Assembly (NCBI GenBank): GCA_002269645.1
Contig: NIVC01001686.1
Location: 124,001 to 188,000 of the forward strand
Reading direction: 5' to 3'
Source: Macrostomum lignano
Taxonomy: Eukaryota
Length of the DNA: 64,000 nt
The notes under the pieces are model-generated. The model worked only from the letters and a program-made list of their open reading frames with translations, was not told where the DNA came from and made no database searches. The translations under genes were made by a program, and so were the position numbers. Within the stretch, counting starts at the first letter, position 1. Every line of letters begins with the position of its first letter. Shown piece by piece: positions 1-13,845 of the stretch.

Positions 1-566
1 AAGATAGGAGCAAGCCCTGTAGCAGACAAAAACACAGCTTGGAGAACAAAAGGAGTGTGCGAGCGCATGTGAACAAAAACACATACCGGTAAGGAGAAGC
101 GGGGAAAAAGCAATGCAAAAAGTCAAGACAAGAGTTTAAAAAAAGAGAACCTGCGCACCAGACTGCCAAATGAAAGATTACTAGAAATAATTGACTAAAG
201 ACAATTCTTGATCTGCTGTTAGTGATGGAAATTAATAAACTGTAATTCCGGTCGCAAAAATAGGCAGGCAAAGGGATGTAAGACAATAAAGGGAGACAGA
301 CAGCAAAAAGCAGCAAATACAAGCAGTTAGTTCCCGCAACGCAATGTCACCCACCTAGAGTAGAATTAAATCCTAAAGCTTATCTTCATGGCAGATTCCT
401 GCTGAATAAAGAGGGGCAGTCAGTCCTGTGCAAGAAGCGAAATCGAGGAAAAACACTTGGGCTTGTAGAAACTTTTTTGTAGAAACGCACCCAGATCTAT
501 TTTTTCCCCAAACTGCTTATGAAAAAAAATTTGACTATCTGTTAGGCCAACTCAAAGCTTGAGTTG

Positions 567-740
567 TCACTGCTGCTCAGCCGTGGCCAGGCCAAGCTGA
601 TGGTAGGCGGCGGCGGTGGCCGGGTCAATTCCGTAGTAGAGCGAGCCGTCCGTGGTGTACATGGCCGAGCTGGCGGCCGAGGTCATCAGGTGCGGCGCGG
701 CGGCGTACATCCCGGACATTTGGTAGCCGGACGGGTCCAG
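567..740 (-). CDS. RBMS/shep: RBMS/shep-like terminal coding exon
   Basis: C-tract plus ACATCACAG acceptor; LDPSGYQMSGMYAAAPHL...ATAEQQ*; TGA at 569-567; phase matches the previous exon. Confidence 0.75.
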   Translation of the reverse strand: MDPSGYQMSGMYAAAPHLMTSAASSAMYTTDGSLYYGIDPATAAAYHQLGLATAEQQ

Positions 741-825
741 CTGTGATGTACAGGGGGGGGGGGCATTAATGGTCAGCTTTGCCGTGTAAAACTCGATGCG
801 CATGCGAACTTAGTGTTTTAGCTAG

Positions 826-1260
826 CACCCAACTCAGCTATCTACCAACTCAGCTACCACCCAACTCAGCTACCTACCAACTCAGCTAACACCCAACACA
901 GCTACCTACCAACTCAACTACCTACCAACTCAGCTACTACCCAACTCAGCTACTACCCAACTCAGCTACTACCCAACTCAGCTACCACCCAACTCAGCTA
1001 CCACACAACTCAGCTACCACCCAACTCAGCTACCTACCAACTCAGCTACCTACCAACTCAGCTACCTACCAACTCAGCTACCTACCAACTCAGCTACCTA
1101 CCAACTCAGCTACCTACCAACTCAGCTACCTACCAACTCAGCTACCTACCAACTCAGCTACCTACCAACTCAGCTACCACCCAACTCAGCTACCACCCAA
1201 CTCAGCTACCACCCAACTCAGCTACCACCCAACTCAGCTACCACCCAACTCAGCTACCAC
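826..1260. repeat. 16-bp minisatellite (CCAACTCAGCTACC(TA/AC)), ~27 copies, filling the last RBMS intron
   Basis: Direct tandem periodicity. Confidence 0.95.
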
Positions 1261-1285
1261 ACTGCTCAACCAGCCAGAACCGCAC

Positions 1286-1651
1286 CTGGTAGATGGAGTG
1301 TCCCTGCGCCACGGACACGGGAGCGGCGCTAGCGGCGCCGGGCATCAGCTGGTAGCCTCCGGGAATGGCGGCGCCAGTCTGCGTTGGCGCACCAACGGAA
1401 GCCCGCGTGGCTGCGGCAGCGGCGGCGGCGTACAGCGAGGCAGCGGTGGCGGCCGCCGAGCCTGGCTGAAAAGTCTGGCTGTACAGGTGGTGCGGAAGCT
1501 GATGATGGCCCGGATGCGGCTGCTGCTGCTGAGGTTGCTGCTGCTGCTGCTGGAGCTGGAGCTGGTGGGCCGAAGGAGCCGCGTAGCCCCTGGCAGCTGC
1601 TAGCGCAGCGGCTGCAGCGGCGGCTGCAGCGGCGGAATTCTGCTGCTGTTG

Positions 1652-1687
<36 letters not shown>

Positions 1688-1999
1688 ATGGTGCAGCAGA
1701 GCCATGGAGGCGAGCTGGTGAGCGGCAGCGGCAGAGGCCGGAGGCGCTTGCATTGCCGGCTGTCCCGCGGCGGCGGCGGCAGCGGCAGCGGCGGCGGCTG
1801 CGGCCAGCTGCTGCTGCTGATGATGCTGAACTGTCTGCACCTGCTGCACCTGATGATGCTGCTGCTGCTGCTGCTGGCGCTGCTTCTTGCGCTGGTTGGT
1901 TTTGTCGGCCAGTTTGGCTTCTAGCGGCCTGGCTGTGCCGAGCTTCTGGCCGAGGGCCACGCCGACTTTGTTGATGTGCGAGATGGCCAGGACGGCGTC
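1286..1999 (-). CDS. RBMS/shep: RBMS/shep-like exon, end of RRM2 plus Q/A-rich low-complexity region
   Basis: Acceptor CCCAAG|GAC; reads DAVLAISHINKVGVALGQKLGTARPLEAKLADKTNQRKK (compare RBMS EPLLCKFAD), then polyQ/polyA; donor CAG|GTGCGG; 714 nt, phase 0/0. Confidence 0.85.
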
Positions 2000-2144
2000 C
2001 TTGGGATTGCGAATTGTGGATTGGAAAGCCGCGATGCTTACAATTTGATAGCGTTAAACTAACAACAAGGTAAATGTGAACTTGGCGGTTTAAAACTCTT
2101 TTAGCTTTGGGATTTAGGATTATTAGATTTTGAGTTGTCTGCAA

Positions 2145-2447
2145 GGGGGTTGTAGCACAGTGGCTAGGGTGTCAAATTCACGAGTTGAAGGTCGAGGGTT
2201 CGATTCCCTATTCCACTGCAACAATTGGTGTCCTTGAGCAAGACACTCAACTCTGCATTGCTTCAGTTCACCCAAGTGTAAAATGGGTGCCAGCATTAGC
2301 TGGGGTAATTGAGGCTGTGTGTGGCGACCCCCAGTTCCTGGACTGAACAGCCGTACGCAGCCTTCAGATGCGCCGCGCAATAGCTGCGGCTGAGCTGTCG
2401 GTTGCACATCTGGGCTAATTGGAGCAGGTGCAATCAATTATTATTAT
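2145..2447 (+). mobile_element. tRNA-derived CORE-SINE, near full length
   Basis: A box TAGCACAGTGG and B box GGTTCGATTCC. The segment GTGTCCTTGAGCAAGACACTCAAC...CTTCAGTT...TGTAAAATGGG resembles the MIR CORE domain. Ends in a (TTA)n tail; second copy at 10087. Confidence 0.8.
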
Positions 2448-2589
2448 AGTTAGGCACTAATTAGAGTTAATGTTAATGATGCCATGGATTAACAATTCGC
2501 AGTAGGGTTGTCTCCGGCGACGTCGCCGGACTTTCTAATTGCCTGGCATGTACACTCACAGTGCCTGTACAATAAGACAAAGATTATTC

Positions 2590-2922
2590 ATTGGTTCTTA
2601 AATCTTAAGCCCCCAAGCTTAAACCCTTAAAATCAAGCACAGAACCTCTACCCCCGGCCCCGCCACCCAATTTTTTATTGCCTTCCTCGATTGGTCCCGC
2701 CTAAATCTGCCATGTACATTTCAGTGGACTGGCCAATGTACATTTATGGCTGAACCAATTTGAATTAGCAAACTTGGGCTTCTAAACTTATCAAAGTGAT
2801 TTCAGCTGCCTTTATTTTTATAAAATAGCTTATGTGTTCTTCTTTGCTACTGAACTGAAAGTAGAAAGCTGTTTTACTTAGTATATGCCTGAGTGGCCCA
2901 TCTAGTTATTCCAGTATCTGTG
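2590..2922. mobile_element. Truncated copy of the CACAGAT-ended MITE family
   Basis: Aligns by eye to 55452-55899 and 61689-62145; retains the right TIR CATCTAGTTATTCCAGTATCTGTG. Confidence 0.75.
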
Positions 2923-2969
2923 CTTCGTACTTGTTAGAAGTGGCGTGAACCAATCCGTTTAATTCTCAC

Positions 2970-3185
2970 CTGCTCTTTCTCGAACCGGATGAAGCCGGCA
3001 CCGGTGGCTCCGGTCTGCTGCCGGGTGCCCGGATCGGTGGCCCGCATCACCCGGCAGCTGATGATGCGGCCGCTAACCACCTTGGCCAGCTCCTCGGTGA
3101 ACACGCGGGTCATCCAGTCTTCATTGCACTCCGTCCTGGTGGGCAGATTCTTGATGTAGATGTTCGTGGGGTCCTTCTCCGACTC
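2970..3185 (-). CDS. RBMS/shep: RBMS/shep-like exon, RRM2 N-part
   Basis: ESEKDPTNIYIKNLP...GRIISCRVMR...GAGFIRFEKEQ corresponds to RBMS QQEQDPTNLYISNLP...GVGFARME. Acceptor CGGCAG|GAG (phase 0), donor CAG|GTGAGA; 216 nt. Confidence 0.85.
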
Positions 3186-3254
3186 CTGCCGGTGCGGCGG
3201 GGTTTCTGGGTCAGGACTGGTGGACAGGAAGATGGACACACGCAGTCATAAGCA

Positions 3255-4178
3255 GGCAGACAGACAAACAGCCTGACAGACAGGCACATAGACAGACAGA
3301 CAGACAGGCAGGCAGACACACAGACACAAGCACGCAGACAGACCACAGACACAAACAGGCAGACAGACCACAGACACAAACAGGCAGACAGACCACAGAC
3401 ACAAACAGGCAGACAGACCACAGACACAAACAGGCAGACAGACTACAGACACAAACAGGCAGACAGACTACAGACACAAACAGGCAGACAGACTACAGAC
3501 ACAAACAGGCAGACAGACCACAGACACAAACAGGCAGACAGACTACAGACACAAACAGGCAGACAGACTACAGACACAAACAGGCAGACAGACTACAGAC
3601 ACAAACAGGCAGACAGACCACAGACACAAACAGGCAGACAGACCACAGACACAAACAGGCAGACAGACTACAGACACAAACAGGCAGACAGACCACAGAC
3701 ACAAACAGGCAGACAGACCACAGACACAAACAGGCAGACAGACCACAGACACAAACAGGCAGACAGACCACAGACACAAACAGGCAGACAGACTACAGAC
3801 ACAAACAGGCAGACAGACCACGAACACAAACAGGCAGACAGACCACAGACACAAACAGGCAGACAGACCACAGACACAAACAGGCAGACAGACCACAGAC
3901 ACAAACAGGCAGACAGACTACAGACACAAACAGGCAGACAGACCACGAACACAAACAGGCAGACAGACCACAGACACAAACAGGCAGACAGACCACAGAC
4001 ACAAACAGGCAGACAGACAACAGACACAAACAGGCAGACAGACTACAGACACAAACAGGCAGACAGACCACAGACACAAACAGGCAGACAGACTACAGAC
4101 ACAAACAGGCAGACAGACCACAGACACAAACAGGCAGACAGACAACAGACACAAACAGGCAGACAGACTACAGACAGA
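3255..4178. repeat. 25-bp GACA-derived minisatellite (CAGACACAAACAGGCAGACAGAC(C/T)A)
   Basis: Direct tandem periodicity; source of the [10 protein letters not shown] pseudo-ORFs. Confidence 0.95.
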
Positions 4179-4614
4179 AGCACGCAAGCACCTAAGCAAT
4201 CTGAGCGAATTTTGCATGCTAATAAAACTTGTGTCAATAGGAAACCAATTAATAGCAAAATGTTTGCATTTTTCTGTATCACAAAAAACTTCCTTCAACC
4301 AAGCCATGCAGGCAGTCACACTCACTCATTCAACCATTTTTATTTCGAGTGAACTGTTTTGGAATGAGCTCTAAATACGCAACGGAACCACATTGAATGA
4401 TTGATATCGCTGTCAAAGCTAAGGGAAAATAGGATAAAAAAAGAAAATTTGGGTTTTGTGCTGCTGACAACATCCTTTCACGTAAAATAAAGGCGGATAA
4501 TAACATAATCGCATGTTCAATTTAGCGCTGTCTAAGATAGCTACTTAGAGTAGAGTGGTGCGCTTGTGGTGTTTATGACTTGAGATATAAATTATCTGGA
4601 TTGTGGAAAGGGAG

Positions 4615-5805
4615 ATGAGATCTGGGAGGCTGGCCTAGCAAGTGAGGATCTGGGAGGCTGGCCTAGCAAGTGAGGATCTGGGAGGCTGGCCTAGCAAGTG
4701 AGGATCTGGGAGGCTGGCCCAGCAACTGAAGATCTGGGAGGCTGGCCTAGCAACTGAGGATCTGGAAGGCTGGCCCAGCAAGTGAGGATTTGGGAGGCAG
4801 GCCCAGCAACTGACACTCTATGGGAGGCTGGCCTAGCAACTGAGGATCTGAAAGGCTGGCCCAGCAACTGAGGATCTGGGAGGCTGGCCCAGCAACTGAG
4901 GATCTGGGAGGCTGGCCCAGCAGCTGAGGATCTGGGAGGCTGGCCCAGCAGCTGAGGATCTGGGAGGCTGGCCCAGCAACTGAGGATCTGGGAGGCTGGC
5001 CCAGCAGCTGAGGATCTGGGAGGCTGGCCCAGCAGCTGAGGATCTGGGAGGCTGGCCCAGCAACTGACACTCTGGGAGGCTGGCCCAGCAGCTGAGGATC
5101 TGGGAGGCTGGCCCAGCAACTGAGGATCTGGGAGGCTGGCCCAGCAGCTGAGGATCTGGGAGGCTGGCCCAGCAGCTGAGGATCTGGGAGGCTGGCCCAG
5201 CAACTGACACTCTGGGAGGCTGGCCCAGCAGCTGAGGATCTGGGAGGCTGGCCCAGCAACTGAGGATCTGGGAGGCTGGCCCAGCAACTGAGGATCTGAA
5301 AGGCTGGCCCAGCAACTGAGGATCTGGGAGGCTGGCTCAGCAACTGAGGATCTGGGAGGCTGGCCCAGCAGCTGAGGATCTGGGAGGCTGGCCCAGCAAC
5401 TGAGGATCTGGGAGGCTGGCCCAGCAACTGAGGATCTGGGAGGCTGGCCCAGCAGCTGAGGATCTGGGAGGCTGGCTCAGCAACTGAGGATCTGGGAGGC
5501 TGGCCCAGCAACTGAGGATCTGAAAGGCTGGCCCAGCAACTGAGGATCTGGGAGGCTGGCCCAGCAACTGAGGATCTGAGAGGCTGGCCCAGCAACTGAG
5601 GATCTGGGAGGCTGGCCCAGCAACTGAGGATCTGGGAGGCTGGCCCAGCAACTGAGGATCTGGGAGGCTGGCCCAGCAGCTGAGGATCTGGGAGGCTGGC
5701 TCAGCAACTGAGGATCTGGGAGGCTGGCCCAGCAACTGAGGATCTGAAAGGCTGGCCCAGCAACTGAGGATCTGGGAGGCTGGCCCAGCAACTGACACTC
5801 TGGGA
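4615..5805. repeat. 28-bp minisatellite (ACTGAGGATCTGGGAGGCTGGCCCAGCA), ~42 copies
   Basis: Direct tandem periodicity; same family at 20665-21140. Confidence 0.95.
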
Positions 5806-6189
5806 GAATGTTTACAAAACCCATTTAAGCGGAAAATGAAGAGGTTAAACTGGATAAAGGGCTAATTATGCATTAAGTACATGTATTTGAGAATTGAGAA
5901 AGGTACTTGAAAATGCTAAATAAATCCATGGATTGTGTAGGCAATAAAACTGGGGTAAAAAAAAAATAATATTCAGGTGAGACAACAGACATTATTAATA
6001 TTGCGAATGCTGCAGCTTCCAACTCTGTCTGCTTTTCACGCCGACAAAAATTATTTTTTTACCTCTTTGGCCTAAAGAGAACAAAACAATGTAGATATTT
6101 GTTATAAACTATGCGTATTATGTTCTTTAAAATTCAACTTTCACGGAATTGTAGCGTGTAAATTCAATAGTTGATGTCAACTGCCTCAC

Positions 6190-6296
6190 CCTGGCGTAGC
6201 TGATTTGCAGTTTGCCGTTGCGCAGGTTCACTTTGGTGAGCGCCTCCAGAGCGATTTGAGCTTGGGTCTCGTCTCTGAAGTCCACGAATCCGTAAC
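6190..6296 (-). CDS. RBMS/shep: RBMS/shep-like exon, RRM1 C-half (RNP1 GYGFVDF)
   Basis: Acceptor TCAAG|GT completes the Gly codon; reads GYGFVDFRDETQAQIALEALTKVNLRNGKLQISYAR; donor AGG|GTGAGG, phase 0. Confidence 0.9.
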
Positions 6297-6499
6297 CTTG
6301 AGGTTGGGTTGTTCGAATATCGATTTCAATGCCTTCATTTTTCCCCCAGTTCATATTCGCATGTCAAAAATAGATTATTCTGTATCTTACAAAAACGCCA
6401 TATCTCTAGCAAATCTTAAAAGTGCTGATCTTCCCAAAATTACAGATCTAGGAGAATTTTCCCCAAGTTCCTGTACTAAGAAGCTTCTAAAACTAGAAT

Positions 6500-7280
6500 C
6501 CCCTCAAAAAATCTCCCCAAACCTAGATCCCACAAAAGAATCCTCCCAGATCCCAAATCCCAAAAGAGAATCTTCCCAAATCCCAAATCCCACAAGAGAA
6601 TCCTCCCAAATCCCAGATACCACAAGAGAATCTCACCAAATCCCAAATCCCACAAGAGAACCTTTCCAAATTCCAAATCTCGCAAAAGAATATCCCAAAT
6701 CCCACAAGAGTATCTTCCCAAATCCCACAAGACAATCTCCCCAAATCCCAGATCCCACAAGAGAATATCACAAAATCCCCAAAGAGAATCTTCCCAAATC
6801 CCAAATCCCACAAGAGAATCCTCCCAAATCCCAGATACCACAAGAGAATATCACCAAATCCCAAATCCCACAAGAGAATCTTCCCAAATCCCAGATACCA
6901 CAAGAGAATATCACCAAATCCCAAATCCCACAAGAGAACCTTTCCAAATCCCAAATCTCGCAAAAGAATATCTCAAATCCCACAAGACAATCTTCCCAAA
7001 TCCCAGATTCTGCAAGAGAATCTTCCCAAATCCCAAATCCCACAAGACAATCTTTCCAAATCCCAAATCCCACAAGACAATCTTTCCAAATCCCAAATCC
7101 CACAAGAAAATTTTCCCAAATCCCAAATCCCACAAGACAATCTTCCCAAATCCCAAATCCTACAAGAAAATCTTCCCGAATACCAAATCCCACAAGACAA
7201 TTTTCCCAAATCCCAGATCCCACAAGACAATCTTCCCAAATCCCAGATTCTGCAAGAGAATCTTCCCAAATCCAATCGAA
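6500..7280. repeat. ~30-bp CCCAAAT-based minisatellite in the intron that splits RRM1
   Basis: TTCCCAAATCCCAAATCCCACAAGA(G/C)AATC periodicity. Confidence 0.92.
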
Positions 7281-7335
7281 ACCCAATTGATCCCCCAAAA
7301 TCCAGCAGCACAATGCACCAGACAGGACATCACAC

Positions 7336-7546
7336 CTTTGCACTGTCCGGACTGCTCGTCCATCACTGCCTTGGTAGAGTTGATGGCATCGCTGGCGATG
7401 TTGGCATTCTCGGACACCAGCTGCCGGATGGTCTCGTCCGTGTCCGAGGGCAGAAGGCCCCGGATGTACAGGTTGGTGCTGCTCTTGCGGTCTATGTCGT
7501 CATTTGGCGATGCATTGCGAGATCCGGTGTGCTGCTGCATCAGGCT
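7336..7546 (-). CDS. RBMS/shep: RBMS/shep-like exon, RRM1 N-half (RNP2)
   Basis: KSSTNLYIRGLLPSDTDETIRQLV...NSTKAVMDEQSGQCKG resembles RBMS/MSSP RRM1 (TNLYIRGL...STKAILD...CKG). Donor AAAG|GTGTGA at 7335 (phase 1). The acceptor CATCTCGCAG at 7547 is the best phase-0 candidate but is less certain. Confidence 0.85.
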
Positions 7547-7725
7547 CTGCGAGATGGCGGGGTTCGGGGTTGGACTGCTCGATAGACCAGAAATAGGTTT
7601 GAGTAGCCAGCTGGTAGATAAACTTTGCGGGCTGGATGAATGGGTAATTTGGTGTTAGTATCTTTTCAAATTATCTTTTATTCCGATACGGTTTTTAGGA
7701 TTGTTGATTGAAATGGGCGGACATG

Positions 7726-7727
7726 GC

Positions 7728-7762
<35 letters not shown>

Positions 7763-7861
7763 TAGACAGACTTACAGACAGACAGACAGATAGACAGACA
7801 GACAGACAGACACAGACAGACAGACAGACACAGACACAGACATAGACAGACAGACAGACAC

Positions 7862-7915
<54 letters not shown>

Positions 7916-7919
7916 GGAC

Positions 7920-7974
<55 letters not shown>

Positions 7975-7990
7975 CAGACAGACAGACAAC
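7726..7990. repeat. (GACA)n microsatellite
   Basis: Direct. Confidence 0.97.
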
Positions 7991-8850
7991 TTCCACAGAC
8001 AGGCTTACAATTTTACAGGCTTACAGAGAGACAGACAGGCAGACAGACAGGAGACAGTCCATGCCCACAACAGAGTGACTGATGACAATGCAGGGCACTG
8101 GCTCACACGAGAACTTTAAAGCTAAGCGATGTGGCCAATACAAATAAATGTCCAAGCAGTTGAATTCGCAGTTAGGCATTTCATTAATTAACCAGAATTG
8201 GCTAAGAAATCTGTATTTTTTTAGCTGCGCAGAATTTCAAAGCTATTCGTGGTTCAGGAGGCCGGGTCAATTAGCATATTGCCGAATAAGTTAAGTATAG
8301 ATAGATATGCAATAGGCATTAAATCATTCTATAAAAAAGCCATATATAAAATATGTATGCTAGTTAGAAAATATATTTGAAATATAATAGGGATAGGATA
8401 GCGGGCATCCACAAGCCCAGCTCCACTCAGGACTGCAGGCGTTCGCTTGCTGATAAGCCACTAGGCAAGGACCACCAAGGAGCACTAGACGATAGAATTA
8501 GCATCTGGACTGGCTGTGAACAGGGCTGCGACAATTTCTAGTATTAGATGTCCATGAGGCGAGGGCAATTATACATTTATCCGTTTCCTCGGTCATGGAG
8601 GCTAACGATAAAATCTGTCTGTGAGTACAGCTGACAGCCCCAGGCACCGGACTCAGAGGGCTGAGTAATAAACTGGCTAATGATGATGGTGAGTCGCATG
8701 ACAGGGTGGAAGGAAGCTGCGTAATATTATTATGTATGAGTTTATAATCTGCATAGTTTGCATAATCTGCATAATTTTATCCTCTTTTTAAAAATATATA
8801 TATTGATTAAAAAACGCCATGGATGGATAAAATTATTCTGAAGGACGCTA

Positions 8851-9500
<650 letters not shown>

Positions 9501-10086
9501 GACAGGTGATTCAGCCCCAAGCTGAGATGCTGAGAATTTAGTGCTGAGAAAAACTGAAAGCCTGCTAGTCCCCCCTCATCTTCAAACAAATTGTCACAGA
9601 TAAAACTTTCCGCAGATATCCCAGCAAGTTTCATACATAATCTACACGAACATTTGGATAGCTAAGATCCAACCCAATGCACAATTCTGACGCTTATTAC
9701 CTGCCTGCTCTGCCCACAAATGCGCCGCCAGAGGGTTAAATTGGACCAGAGATTTTGTAGTTTTATAACACCTTTTATTTACAACAGCCACTCAAGTGAG
9801 GCAAGGCAAGCTGTTGCCAGTGTGTGCAGCTTACTGCATTCTGAGGTTCGCACGGTAACTTTTTTATTTTATGACTGCCATCTCGCCAGCGACTATGGGA
9901 GCGACCCGACTTGCTAGAACAACAGCAGGAGACACACACGAGATTTGGGGTCAGGTTGGGGGCGGAGCAGCTTAAGCGCCGCAGTAAAGGCGCATGAACT
10001 CTCGCGTTACAGACCCCCCCCCCCCGGTTTCGATTCCGTGTGGTTGCAAACAAACATACTTATTTGGGGCTTGTGTGCAACGAAGA

Positions 10087-10307
10087 GGGGTTGCAGCCTA
10101 GTGGTCAGAGCGTCGGACTCACGACTTGAAGGTCGGGGGTTCGATTCTTGACCCACTCGGAACAATTTGTGTCCTTGAGCAAGGCACTTAACTCTGCATT
10201 GCTTCAGTTCACCTAGCTGTAAAATGGGTGCCAGCATTAGCTGGGGTAATTGAGGCTGTGTGGCGACCCCCCAGTCTTGGACTGAACAGCCGTACGCAGC
10301 CTTCAGA
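10087..10307 (+). mobile_element. CORE-SINE, 3'-truncated second copy
   Basis: A box GCAGCCTAGTGG, B box GGTTCGATTC and the same CORE-like body as 2145-2447; similarity stops after GCAGCCTTCAGA. Confidence 0.8.
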
Positions 10308-11554
10308 GGTTGTGGGACGACCTCAGACAATCGTCTGTTATTGGGATCTAGGATTTTGATTTAGGATCGCAAATAGTCTACATATATATGGGATTAAGGG
10401 ATTGCGAGTAAAATGCGCGGTTTCGGGATTCGAAGCAGGAATGACAGATGGTTTTTGTAATTTAGCAAGTTAGACTGAGAAAAATGTCTTATTAATAATA
10501 ATTGTGAAAAATTATAAATCCATAATCTTTCTCAAGACCTGTTCCGCTTGACTGATTTCCCAACAAAAAGGAATTGAAATTCTCCGTTTAACGAATAATG
10601 GGATTTAGGATGAAAGTTTCTTTTCGAAATGAGAAGTTCGAGCTTAGCGGAAGTTTTCGACCACAAAGGCGGTTGGGTAGAAATAGTCAATAGATTCGAG
10701 AAGCCCTAGAAACCCCCTCGGCCTCGAAAACCACTCGATTCGAGTTCGCGTGCTAAACACAAGAAGTAACTTTTTCTCTTCTATTAGAAGCAGAAGAGGC
10801 AGAAAGAAGCCCAGAAGCCATTGGAGAGGGTCAGAGGGGGTTGGCCTGCTTAAACCCGTCTGTAATCCTGACTCTCCTCTCCCTCCGACTTTTTTGTGAA
10901 CCTTGATTTCTGGAGGACAGGCGGACTCCGGAGTGCTCCTAACCGGCAATCCCCCCCCCCCCCTGCTGCTGAGAATCTCTTCAGCAATCAATCTTGAACA
11001 AAAAGGAGGGGGGAGAGAGAAGGGAGACGGGAGAAGGGAAAGCTGGGAGAGTCTTCACTGGGGGAGTGAGCGGGTATAAGCATGCAAATACGCTGGGCAT
11101 ATCATGAGGCATTTTAGTTGGCTGTTTAACAAAGATGGGAAATGAGAGAGAGAGAGCAGGTTTTGGGATTGCGTGTCGACAGGGCAATAAAAAAATTTGC
11201 GGTGGGCAGGAACAAACATGAGAAATTGCATTGGCATTGTTCCCACATAATAATAAGTAAATGAAAATTGCCAATACATGCGCAGAGGGTAATAAACCTT
11301 ATGATCCGATTAAAGCTAAGATTAAGAATTGGGATTATAAAGAAATATTGACTGGGAAATTTCACGTTTATTTTACGTTGAAAGACTGAGTTTGTGCATT
11401 TAACAACAAAAGCTTTATATTAAGAAGTATGTTATTTCGTATTGACGGGGGAGCCCATAAAAAACGACAGAGTCTGAGGAAATATCTGAGAAATAAAAAA
11501 ATTTATTATTTATGCATCAAAAATTGAATATTGCATTTTATTCATTATAGGTTG

Positions 11555-12400
11555 ACGAAATTAGCAATCCATTCTATTCCTTTATCCATCACGATGTTGG
11601 CTAGATTAGCAATCCATTCTATTCCTTTATCCATCATGATGTTGGCTAGATTAGCAATCCATTCTATTCCTTTATCCATCATGATTTGGCTGGATTAGCA
11701 ATCCATTCTATTCCTTTATCCGTCATGATTTTGGCTGGATTAGCAATCCATTCTATTCCTTCATCCATCATGATGTTGGCTAGATTATCAATCCATTCTA
11801 TTCCTTCATCCATCATGATGTTGGCTAGATTAGCAATCCATTCTATTCCTTCATCCATCATGATGTTGGCTAGATTAGCAATCCATTCTATTCCTTCATC
11901 CATCATGATGTTGGCTAGATTAGCAATCCATTCTATTCCTTCATTCATCATGATGTTGGCTAGATTAGCAATCCATTCTATTCCTTCATCCATCACGATG
12001 TTGGCTAGATTAGCAATCTATTCTATTCCTTCATCCATCATGATGTTGGCTAGATTAGCAATCCATTCTATTCCTTCATCCATCATGATGTTGGCTAGAT
12101 TAGCAATCCATTCTATTCCTTCATCCATCACGATGTTGGCTAGATTAGCAATCTATTCTATTCCTTCATCCATCATGATGTTGGCTAGATTAGCAATCCA
12201 TTCTATTCCTTCATCCATCATGATGTTGGCTAGATTAGCAATCCATTCTATTCCTTCATCCATCACGATGTTGGCTAGATTAGCAATCCATTCTATTCCT
12301 TTATCCATCATGATGTTGGCTAGATTAGCAATCCATTCTATTCCTTCATCCATCATGATGTTGGCTAGACTAGCAATCCATTCTATTCCTTCATCCACCA
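11555..12400. repeat. 45-bp minisatellite, ~19 copies
   Basis: GATTAGCAATCCATTCTATTCCTTCATCCATCATGATGTTGGCTA periodicity. Confidence 0.95.
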
Positions 12401-13252
12401 TGCCGTTAACTAGAGCAGTACATGAAATACAAAAATATTATCAGTAAGCGGAAACACTCAGAAAAATACTACAGGAAATTTCATCGTTTCAATGCTAAAA
12501 AAACACATTTCAGACCAAAACGGCAAAGCTCAGGGCGCCAGACAGCTCGCCATGGGACCATCAAACATGACTGAGAAACCAGCAAGGGGGGGGGGTGGTG
12601 AGCAGAAAGCCCAACTGACAGTCTGGCAATTTGAATTTCAAATTCTGAGTTCAGGCATGGGGGATCAATGAGAGCCCGGAGCCCGGAGGCTTCTGTCCCA
12701 GCTACCAGAGAAGGAAAACGCGAGGAGTTGACTGTGTGCTCAGCCCAGCTCAGCCTCGAGCTGTACAGACAGACAGACAGGCAATGATGACGGTGTCCGG
12801 ATTCTGTGGCCCTCTGTGAGCAACCGCAGCAGTTCCTCATCTCATTCTCAAAAGTGTTTTTTGTCGTTTTTGTGATGTGAGCCCATATATATTTTTCTCG
12901 ACGCAGCCCTTTCACTTTTCCCTCTCCGGATTCTGGGCCTGGCGAGTATAGAGGCCGCAAATTAAATTTGGTGTGGACTGGTTGGCGACTGGAAGCTTTT
13001 TTTCAATTTTTTGTGATGCCAGAGCGAAACGAACAGGAGGGAAAGTCTGTATCGAATCAAGTTGGATACAGACTGAACTGTTGCAATGTTCTTGGCGTGA
13101 TTGATGCGGTTGGAGAATTGATTTTAGGAAAATGAGAATAAATGATAATAAATAGATGGGGAAATGCGCGAGATTCATTTGGCATGAGGCGGTGAAAGGT
13201 GAAAGTGAAAGGTGAAAATTAACGGATGCTACGGATGCTGGGAGAGAGAGGA

Positions 13253-13845
<593 letters not shown>

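Noticed and set aside
1298-2144. Overlapping ORFs on both strands around the Q/A exon
   Set aside because: Alternative-frame and antisense readings of CAG/GCN triplet runs.
6205-7290. 361-aa plus-strand ORF
   Set aside because: Antisense to a real exon and otherwise the 30-bp intronic satellite read through.
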